Source: Parcubacteria group bacterium (lineage in GTDB: Bacteria; Patescibacteriota; Minisyncoccia; JACPHC01). From it: DNA of 43,957 bases. The position numbers were made by a program, and so were the translations under genes. A model generated the notes under the pieces. It saw nothing but the letters and a program-made list of their open reading frames with translations. It had not been told where the DNA came from and did not search any database. This document shows, piece after piece, positions 37,217-43,957 of the stretch (positions are counted from its first letter, which is position 1; the number at the start of each line of letters is the position of its first letter). The stretch is from contig JACPHC010000009.1 of NCBI GenBank assembly GCA_016188775.1, forward strand, positions 1 to 43,957. Direction: 5' to 3'.

Positions 37217-39680
37217 TCACGAGGAAAAAATAAAATTTTACGTTGATCTGGCTTTAAATCAGGGCTTGCGTAAAGTGATAGAAGAAATAAGGGGATTAAA
37301 TGATCCCCATTTTTTGGATGAATTTCATGACGCTCTAAGCGATATATATTACAAAAATTTGATTGAAAAAGGCGCCAAGCGCGAGCCGGCTTTTGAGGAG
37401 GCGCTTTTTTTAATCACTTTGCCCAAAGAACCGTTTAAAGAAGGGGATATCAAATCGCGGCTCAAAGAAGTCATCTCTCCGGCTGAACAATTTTTTCAAA
37501 GCTTGACCTCAATGAAAATGCCCGAACATTTGGGCGTTTCTCTGGAAATCGCCGTGCCTCACATTTCCGATCAGATCAGTTTTTATATTGCCGGGCCAAA
37601 AGAGCACGCCGATTTTATTGAAAAACACATTTCCAGTTTTTGGCCCAAAGCCCATATTGAAAAAATTGAAGATTATAATATTTTCGCGCCCAATTCCGTT
37701 GTAATCGGTTCTCTTTTAACTTTGGAAAAAAATTATGTTTTGCCGATTCAGGCCTACCCCATTTTTGATCACGATCCTCTCAATGCTTTAACCAATTCTC
37801 TTTCTACTCTCGATCGAGTCGAAGAGGGCGCGGCTATTCAAATAGTAATGCGGCCTAAAGAAAAGGGCTGGGAAAAATTGGGAGGGATGGTCGCCAAAAA
37901 GATGCGCGAAGGCGAAAATTTTAAAAAAGCTTTTGAATCAACGCAAATTAAAGGAGCCTTAAAAGAAGCTATTTTCGGTCGAAAAACGAAAGATGAGGGG
38001 AAAGAACCTCCCAATATCTCGGGGGAAGCGGAAGAACAAATAAAAGCCATTGATGCCAAAGCGGCCAAGTCCGGCTTTTCCGTTACCATTCGCTTATTGG
38101 CTTCGGCGGACGTTAAAGAACGTTCGGAAAATATTTTGCGCCAAATGGAGGGCGCGTTTTTGCAGTTCGGCTCGCCGATTTTAAATAATTTTAAGTTTAT
38201 TCGCCAGATGGAAAAAAATCTTGAACGATTGATTTATAATTACGCCTTTCGTTTTTTTGAGCCCAAAGAAGAAATGATTTTAAATATCGAAGAATTGGCG
38301 ACGATTTTTCATCTGCCTTCCGGTCTTTTGGAAACTCCGAAAATCCGGATGGCTTTGGCCAAATCCGCGCCTCCGCCCTCGGGAATTCCGCAGGAAGGAA
38401 TTATTTTGGGCCAAAATAATTATCGCGGTTCTTCAACTTCGATTCGAATGTCCAGAGACGATCGCCGACGTCATCTTTATGTCATTGGCCAGACCGGCAC
38501 GGGCAAATCCAGTTTTTTGCAGGAAATGATCAGGCAGGACGTTGAAGCCGGCGAGGGTTTGGCCGTTTTGGATCCTCACGGCGATTTGATTGATAAAATT
38601 TTAAGTTATATTCCGGACAGCCGTCTGGACGATGTGATTTTGCTTGACCCGGGAGATTTGGAACGGCCTTTTGGAATGAATATGCTGGAATATAATCCGA
38701 ATTTTCCCGAGCAGAAAACTTTTATTATCAACGACCTTATCGCGATTTTAGACAAATTATACGATCTTAAAACAACCGGCGGGCCGATGTTTGAACAATA
38801 CACCCGAAACGCTTTAATGCTTTTAATGGACGACTACGCGAGCGGCTGGACTATAATGGAAATTCCGCGAGTGTTAGCCGACGCCGAGTTTAGAAAATCT
38901 CTTTTGGCCAAAGAAACTAATCCTATTATTTATGATTTTTGGACCAAGGAAGCGGAAAAAGCCGGCGGCGAGGCGGCTTTGGCGAATATCGTTCCCTATA
39001 TCACTTCCAAATTCAATGTTTTTATCGCCAACGACTATATGCGGCCGATTATCGGGCAATCTCAAAGTTCGGTCAATTTTCGCGAAGCAATGGATAAGAA
39101 AAAAATTGTTCTGGTGAATTTAAGCAAAGGCCGCTTGGGCGATATTAACAGTTCGCTTTTAGGCCTGGTGATTATCGGCAAAATCGTTATGGCTTCGCTT
39201 TCCCGGGTGGATATTCCGGAAGATCAGCGCCAGGATTTTTATCTCTATATTGACGAGTTTCAAAATTTTACGACCGACAGCATCGCTACCATTCTATCCG
39301 AGGCCAGAAAATACAGGCTTTCTTTAATCGGCGCTCATCAATTTATCGCTCAATTGGGAGAAAAAATCAAAGACGCGGTTTTCGGCAATGTCGGCTCAAT
39401 GGCGGCTTTTCGGGTCGGACCTTTGGACGCCGATTTTCTGGAAAAATTATTTTTACCGACTTTTAGCAAGGAAGATTTGGCTAATGTCGCTAATTTTCAG
39501 GGCTTTATTCGTTTTCTTATTAAGGGGCAAGTGACGCCGCCGTTTAATTTTGCTATTATAAAACCAAAAGATTCGGACGCGGAGCGTATGAAGAAAACTC
39601 GTGAATATGTTAGAATAAAATATGGCAGACCAAGGGCGGAGGTGGAAGAAGAGATAAAAAAGAGATATACTGTTAAATAA
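37209..39680 (+). CDS. VirD4/TraD-like (FtsK-HerA superfamily) coupling ATPase
   Basis: DRRRHLYVIGQTGTGKS (Walker A), LDPHGDL, LYIDEFQNF (Walker B), LSEARKYRL, AHQFIAQL. Confidence 0.88.
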   Translation: MFDHEEKIKFYVDLALNQGLRKVIEEIRGLNDPHFLDEFHDALSDIYYKNLIEKGAKREPAFEEALFLITLPKEPFKEGDIKSRLKEVISPAEQFFQSLTSMKMPEHLGVSLEIAVPHISDQISFYIAGPKEHADFIEKHISSFWPKAHIEKIEDYNIFAPNSVVIGSLLTLEKNYVLPIQAYPIFDHDPLNALTNSLSTLDRVEEGAAIQIVMRPKEKGWEKLGGMVAKKMREGENFKKAFESTQIKGALKEAIFGRKTKDEGKEPPNISGEAEEQIKAIDAKAAKSGFSVTIRLLASADVKERSENILRQMEGAFLQFGSPILNNFKFIRQMEKNLERLIYNYAFRFFEPKEEMILNIEELATIFHLPSGLLETPKIRMALAKSAPPPSGIPQEGIILGQNNYRGSSTSIRMSRDDRRRHLYVIGQTGTGKSSFLQEMIRQDVEAGEGLAVLDPHGDLIDKILSYIPDSRLDDVILLDPGDLERPFGMNMLEYNPNFPEQKTFIINDLIAILDKLYDLKTTGGPMFEQYTRNALMLLMDDYASGWTIMEIPRVLADAEFRKSLLAKETNPIIYDFWTKEAEKAGGEAALANIVPYITSKFNVFIANDYMRPIIGQSQSSVNFREAMDKKKIVLVNLSKGRLGDINSSLLGLVIIGKIVMASLSRVDIPEDQRQDFYLYIDEFQNFTTDSIATILSEARKYRLSLIGAHQFIAQLGEKIKDAVFGNVGSMAAFRVGPLDADFLEKLFLPTFSKEDLANVANFQGFIRFLIKGQVTPPFNFAIIKPKDSDAERMKKTREYVRIKYGRPRAEVEEEIKKRYTVK

Positions 39681-39762
39681 TAATTTATAAATCTTTCGCG
39701 AAATAATTTTTTCTGTTTCAAACTATGGGAGTTCAACTCCAATAGTATATAATTGTTTAAAG

Positions 39763-39818
39763 ATTTTGAATTTAGAGTTTTGAATTTATTTAGTATTTCG
39801 GATTTAGAATTTAGTATT
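39763..39818. repeat. Degenerate heptamer tandem repeat
   Basis: GATTTTG AATTTAG AGTTTTG AATTTAT TTAGTAT TTCGGAT TTAGAAT TTAGTAT. Confidence 0.6.
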
Positions 39819-39837
39819 TATTTTTTTAAAGTAAAGC

Positions 39838-40497
39838 ATGAATCAAGAAACGGTTCAACAAAAATTTACCAGTCAAGACGGCGTGCCCAGCGTTATTTTG
39901 GGAATGATGGTTGGTTTTTTTTTGGCTGTCGTTTTGGCCAATATCGGATTGAATAATTTGCCGAATTTTGTTTTTAAATTCGGCAGCCGTTTTCCCAATT
40001 TATTTTTTATTTCCTTTTTATTGATTATTCCGATACTCGCCATTTCAGCTCTTTGGATTGCTTTCAGGCTCGGTAAAAAATATCCGGTTATTTTTCAATT
40101 CGGCAAGTTCGCCAATGTCGGTTTTGCCAATTTTTTCACGGACGCCGGCATTTATAATGTTTTAGTTTTTCTCTTCGGAATTGGCCTTTCCGGTTCGGTT
40201 TTTGTTCTTTTTAAAACTCTCGGGTTTTTAGCGGCTCTGACCAATAGTTTTTTTTGGAATAAATTCTGGACTTTTAAAGTTAAAGAAAAAGAAAATATCG
40301 CCAGTGAGTCTTTGCAGTTTATTTTGGTCACGTTTTTAAGTTTAGGAATTAATGTCGGCGTCGCTTTTTTGATTAATAGTTTCGCTCCGTCTTCCATCGA
40401 TCTCAAGCTTTGGTCTAATTTGGCGGTCGCCTCAGGCGCGGCCTCGTCGTTTATCTGGAACTTTTTGGGGTATAAATTTATCGTTTTTAAGAAATAG
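39838..40497 (+). CDS. GtrA-family membrane protein
   Basis: QFGKFANVG...D, NSFFWNKFWTF, WNFLGYKFIVF. Confidence 0.85.
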   Translation: MNQETVQQKFTSQDGVPSVILGMMVGFFLAVVLANIGLNNLPNFVFKFGSRFPNLFFISFLLIIPILAISALWIAFRLGKKYPVIFQFGKFANVGFANFFTDAGIYNVLVFLFGIGLSGSVFVLFKTLGFLAALTNSFFWNKFWTFKVKEKENIASESLQFILVTFLSLGINVGVAFLINSFAPSSIDLKLWSNLAVASGAASSFIWNFLGYKFIVFKK

Positions 40498-40665
40498 ACT
40501 GTTATTTGACGCGATAGTTATAACTCGTAAAAATTACTAATGAATCGATTCATTTTATATTTTTTAGCACTTATAAGCGATAGCAAGTAAGTGCTATAAT
40601 TTAATTTATTAAGTGGCATTATACGGCATCTTTCTTTTTTTTAAAAAAAATGATATAAACTGGGT

Positions 40666-41829
40666 ATGTCTTATCAGGTTTTATACCGAAAATACCGGCC
40701 AAAAAAGTTTTCCGAAATTATCGGCCAAAATCATATCGTTGGTACTTTAATGAATGCCGTAAAATCGGGAAGAGTCGGCCACGCTTATCTTTTTTCCGGG
40801 CCTCGGGGCACGGGAAAAACGACCATCGCGCGGATTTTGGCTAAGACGGTAAATTGCGCCAATTTGTCTAAAATTTCCGGAGGAAATATTGATGACAAAT
40901 TGAGCGTCCGCCGAAGCGAAGCAAAGGCGGACAGCTATTTTTTCGAGCCTTGCAATTCCTGCGAACTCTGCCTTGATTTTAACGAAAGTAGAAATCTTGA
41001 TTTGATTGAAATAGACGCGGCTTCTTCCAGGGGCATTGACGAGGTTCGGGAATTGCGGGAAGGAGCTCGTTTCAGTCCCTCGCGCTCTAAATTCAAAGTT
41101 TACATTATTGACGAAGTTCATATGATGACTAAAGAGGCTTTTAACGCTCTTTTGAAAACATTGGAAGAGCCGCCGGCTCACGCGATTTTTATTCTGGCCA
41201 CGACTGAACCGGATCGCTTGCCTTTGACAATCCGATCTCGCTGTCAGCATTTTCATTTTTGGCGGCCGAGCGTCAATCAAATCATTGAACGTTTAAAATT
41301 TATCAGCCGGGAAGAAAAAATTAAAGCCGAAGAATCGGCTCTTCGTTTGATAGCCAAATCGGCTTCGGGGTCAATGAGAGACGCCGAAAGCCTTTTTGGC
41401 CAGGTGATTACGCTCGAGGACAAAGAGATTAAAAAAGAAGAAGTGGAAGAAATTTTAGGCGTCGCTCCTTCGGAGTTTGTAAAAAATTTTCTCAGGCATG
41501 TTTCTGAAAAAGACGCGCGTTCGGCTATTCATTTGGTCGGCCGTATTTACGACGAAGGCTATGATTTGGGCGAGTTTAATAAAAATTTAATTACTGATTT
41601 AAGACACCTATTGCTTTTAAAAATTGATCCGAAATTTAAAACCGTTTTAAAAGAGGATTTAACTTCTGACGAAATTGAAGAGCTTGAAAAAATGGTTGTT
41701 GTTTTGGACGCGAAAAATTTGGAAAACGGCTTAAAAATTTTTCTTGAAGCTAATCAGAATATAAAAAAATTTGTTTATCCCCAGCTGGCCCTAGAAATGG
41801 CGGTTGTGGAATATTGCGGGATCGTCTAA
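40666..41829 (+). CDS. dnaX: DNA polymerase III subunit gamma/tau (short)
   Basis: LYRKYRP, GPRGTGKTT, EIDAAS, IIDEVHM, NALLKTLEEPP, SRC. Confidence 0.97.
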   Translation: MSYQVLYRKYRPKKFSEIIGQNHIVGTLMNAVKSGRVGHAYLFSGPRGTGKTTIARILAKTVNCANLSKISGGNIDDKLSVRRSEAKADSYFFEPCNSCELCLDFNESRNLDLIEIDAASSRGIDEVRELREGARFSPSRSKFKVYIIDEVHMMTKEAFNALLKTLEEPPAHAIFILATTEPDRLPLTIRSRCQHFHFWRPSVNQIIERLKFISREEKIKAEESALRLIAKSASGSMRDAESLFGQVITLEDKEIKKEEVEEILGVAPSEFVKNFLRHVSEKDARSAIHLVGRIYDEGYDLGEFNKNLITDLRHLLLLKIDPKFKTVLKEDLTSDEIEELEKMVVVLDAKNLENGLKIFLEANQNIKKFVYPQLALEMAVVEYCGIV

Positions 41830-43507
41830 TGGTAGGACATCGCCCTTTGAAGGCGAGTATCTTGGTTCGAGTCCAAGTCCCGCAGCTTCGGTCAGGAGTT
41901 AAAATGAATTTGGCGGGGTGAAGTAGGACATCGCCCTTCTTGCCCCGCCGTAGAGGCGGGGTGAAAAGGCGAGTATCTGGCTTGCCCCGAAGAAAGCGGG
42001 GGTTCGAGTCCAAGTCCCGCAGCCACATTGTATTAATCGGAAAGGGTGCCTCGCGGCTTCGCCACTCGGCATTGAATTCAGCGAGAATTTGCCAGTCATT
42101 TTTGAACGAAACCGAAACCGCTCGCTCCGCGAGCTGTGGGTTCGAGCCGACTTTTTCAAGATAATTTTTCTTTTCAGAAAAATTATCTCCCAAAGCGACA
42201 GAATTAGCTTGGTGAGCGGCTAAAATGAGATTCTTTGTCCGTTCGAGCCAGCGATTGCCCTTTCGCTCAAAATCTTTCAATTTCTGCTCAATATCAATTT
42301 TGCGTGCGAGGATTTTGTTTTTCTTGGCGGTATATTCCTCGCCAGTAATGGTCTTTTCCAAATGAGCGTCTAAAAGCGTGTCCAACTTCTCCTCGCACGC
42401 CTTTACCTCGTTTTTGAGATTTTGAGCGAACAGGGCATCAGATTGGGCGGTGCTCGCTTCATCTGTTTTTAATTGCGCGAGCATCGGTTCCGCCCAATCT
42501 TTCGGTAAAGAAACTTTTTGAAGTATGTCGGAAATCTGCGAGGCGAGAACTTCTTCGCGGATATAGGGTTGCGAACAAACATCTTTCTTTTTCGTACAGC
42601 GATAGTAGACATAGTGCCGACCACTCTTTTTAGTTTTGTCTTCGGCGGTAATGGCGCAACCACACTCTCCGCATTTCAATAATCCGCGAAAAATATATGT
42701 CTTCTCGCCTCGCTTCTTGGGTCGGGACTTTTCCGACATGACTTCTTGGACTTTATCAAAAAGTTTCTTTGTTATCGCTGGCTCATGCTTGCCTTCGTAT
42801 AGCTCGCCGTTGAACTTAAACGCGCCGTAGTAAAACGGATTACGAAGTATCATTTGGATATTGGAAACAGTCAGCCGTTTTCCGTTCCGGCTCACCAAGC
42901 CAATTTCGGTAATTTCATTTCGTAAATCTTTCAGAGAATAATTTTTGGTTGCGTACAATTCAAAAAGTTTTTGGACGAGGCGATAGCGTTCAGGGTCTTT
43001 CACCATTTTGTGATTCACTTTGTCGTTCAAGTATCCGGTAGGGGCAACGCCCGGATATTCGCCTCGTCTTACTTTTTGACGCAACCCTCGTTTTACATTC
43101 TCTGAAAGATTATCAATATAGTATTTGGATTGCCCAAAAGCGATATTCAACATGAATTTTCCTTGCGGCGTGGCATCAAACCAAAAAGTGGGAAATTTTA
43201 GCTCACGAATTTTGGTTGTATCAATCAAATAAATTACTCTGCCGCCATCGACACTGTTTCTAGCCAATCTATCAGGATGCCACGCCAAAATTCCTTGGGC
43301 AAATCCTTTCTCTACGAGCGAGAGCATTTGGTTAAAGATAGGTCGCCCCGGCTCTTTGGCGGTCTGACTTTCTATGAACTCCTGCACTATCTCCAAATGC
43401 TCTCGCTCACCGAACTCACGCAACTCGGTTATTTGCGCCTCAATACTCAAAATTTGCCTATCCGGTTCATCGGTTGATTTTCTTGCGTAGAGAAAGAATT
43501 TGCTCAT
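41750..43507 (-). CDS. Large serine recombinase/integrase; C-terminal ~90 aa is readthrough antisense to the tRNA copies and the end of dnaX
   Basis: YARKS catalytic Ser, DRLARN, recombinase domain, zinc ribbon CGECG...YYRC...C, coiled coil; WLRDLDSNP is the antisense of the tRNA T arm. Confidence 0.93.
   Translation of the reverse strand: MSKFFLYARKSTDEPDRQILSIEAQITELREFGEREHLEIVQEFIESQTAKEPGRPIFNQMLSLVEKGFAQGILAWHPDRLARNSVDGGRVIYLIDTTKIRELKFPTFWFDATPQGKFMLNIAFGQSKYYIDNLSENVKRGLRQKVRRGEYPGVAPTGYLNDKVNHKMVKDPERYRLVQKLFELYATKNYSLKDLRNEITEIGLVSRNGKRLTVSNIQMILRNPFYYGAFKFNGELYEGKHEPAITKKLFDKVQEVMSEKSRPKKRGEKTYIFRGLLKCGECGCAITAEDKTKKSGRHYVYYRCTKKKDVCSQPYIREEVLASQISDILQKVSLPKDWAEPMLAQLKTDEASTAQSDALFAQNLKNEVKACEEKLDTLLDAHLEKTITGEEYTAKKNKILARKIDIEQKLKDFERKGNRWLERTKNLILAAHQANSVALGDNFSEKKNYLEKVGSNPQLAERAVSVSFKNDWQILAEFNAEWRSREAPFPINTMWLRDLDSNPRFLRGKPDTRLFTPPLRRGKKGDVLLHPAKFILTPDRSCGTWTRTKILAFKGRCPTIRRSRNIPQPPFLGPAGDKQIFLYSD
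41815..41885 (+). tRNA. tRNA-Gln(TTG), no encoded CCA, overlapping the last 15 nt of dnaX
   Basis: Acceptor TGCGGGA/TCCCGCA, D arm GTC/GAC, anticodon arm TCGCC-CTTTGAA-GGCGA, T arm CTTGG-TTCGAGT-CCAAG, discriminator G. Confidence 0.93.
41913..42025 (+). pseudogene. Second, interrupted copy of tRNA-Gln ending in CCA
   Basis: GTAGGACATCGCCCTT / GGCGAGTATCT / GGTTCGAGTCCAAGTCCCGCAGCCA blocks separated by two CTTGCCCCG...CGGGG hairpins. Confidence 0.8.
42020..42136. repeat. Left arm of perfect 117-bp inverted repeat (att-like junction at the tRNA 3' end)
   Basis: Base-by-base reverse complement of 43615-43731. Confidence 0.95.
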
Positions 43508-43524
43508 ATCGCTTTTGGGCTAAA

Positions 43525-43782
43525 AATTACTGTCGCTTTGGTTTCCGCCAAAGGCGGAAAAGAAAAAGTCGGCTCACAAATTTCATTTGTATTCCGCTTT
43601 GCGGAATGAACCCCCAGCTCGCGGAGCGAGCGGTTTCGGTTTCGTTCAAAAATGACTGGCAAATTCTCGCTGAATTCAATGCCGAGTGGCGAAGCCGCGA
43701 GGCACCCTTTCCGATTAATACAATGTGGCTGTGTCTCCTGAACAAAATCCGAACTTTTTACCAAACGAACCCCGACGAATGA
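43525..43782 (+). pseudogene. Inverted duplicate of the recombinase 3' end with alternative C-terminus [19 protein letters not shown]
   Basis: 43615-43731 identical to the left arm; interrupted homology blocks CTGTCGCTTTGG and GAAAAAGTCGGCTC extend to ~43525. Confidence 0.85.
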
Positions 43783-43783
43783 A

Positions 43784-43935
43784 GCCGCCCCGCCGCCGCT
43801 CGCTGACACTCGCCGTACCACAGAAAAATACTCTTTGCTCTTTTCATTTTGCGCGCGCCGGATTTCTTTTTCTCCTAATGAAAAGAGTATTTTTCTGTGG
43901 TGCTTTGCTTTGACAAGCAAGGCGGCGGGGCTGGC
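43784..43935. other. ~150-nt structured element immediately after the alternative recombinase stop
   Basis: GCCCCGCCGCC (43787-43797)/GGCGGCGGGGC (43921-43931); ACCACAGAAAAATACTCTT (43817-43835)/AAGAGTATTTTTCTGTGGT (43883-43901). Confidence 0.8.
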
Positions 43936-43957
43936 CTCTATTTTTTGAAAGGGAATG

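Noticed and set aside
33444-39680. Conjugative element or prophage
   Set aside because: No relaxase, VirB4, pilin, phage structural genes or flanking att repeats; composition matches the host
40564-40597. CIRCE-like TTAGCACTT...AAGTGCTA
   Set aside because: Spacer is 16 nt rather than 9, arms deviate, and no chaperone gene follows; more likely a hairpin overlapping a TGCTATAAT extended -10
41939-41961. Group I or canonical tRNA intron in the second tRNA copy
   Set aside because: Only 23 nt, no catalytic core, no bulge-helix-bulge seen, and the copy has other lesions
42020-43782. Diversity-generating retroelement template/variable repeat pair
   Set aside because: Copies are identical rather than differing at adenines, and no reverse transcriptase is in the window
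43504-43920. 138-aa ORF upstream of the recombinase
   Set aside because: Made of the antisense of the duplicated recombinase end and the structured element; likely a shadow ORF despite the ATGA overlap

Overview
AT-rich bacterial chromosomal segment. Gene content and style point to Patescibacteria/CPR (Parcubacteria-like); this is inferred from the short SMC, short ProS, two mreB copies, near-absence of Shine-Dalgarno motifs and the recombinase type. Core genes run rpmF-nusB-rnc-smc, infA-rpmJ-rpsM-rpsK-rpsD-rpoA-rplQ-rplM-rpsI, murA, an mreB paralogue, holB, frr, rseP, proS, mreBCD-mrdA, greA, lysS, serS, alr and an ftsQ-like gene. These are followed by two GT-C glycosyltransferases, a four-gene cluster (1033-aa repetitive protein, two small proteins, VirD4/TraD-like ATPase), a GtrA-like gene, dnaX, tRNA-Gln(TTG) and a large serine recombinase. 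Three things stand out. (1) The recombinase 3' end is duplicated as a perfect 117-bp inverted repeat just upstream of its own start codon, breaking exactly at the tRNA 3' CAGCCA. This gives two alternative C-termini and looks like an att/inversion switch; it sits beside a hairpin-interrupted second tRNA-Gln copy and a ~150-nt structured element. (2) Several families of small palindromic elements are nested in one another, inserted in-frame in proteins and fused to the rpsM start, which has no ATG. (3) A stand-alone coupling-ATPase cluster has no channel genes in the window. All calls were made by eye, with no database searches.
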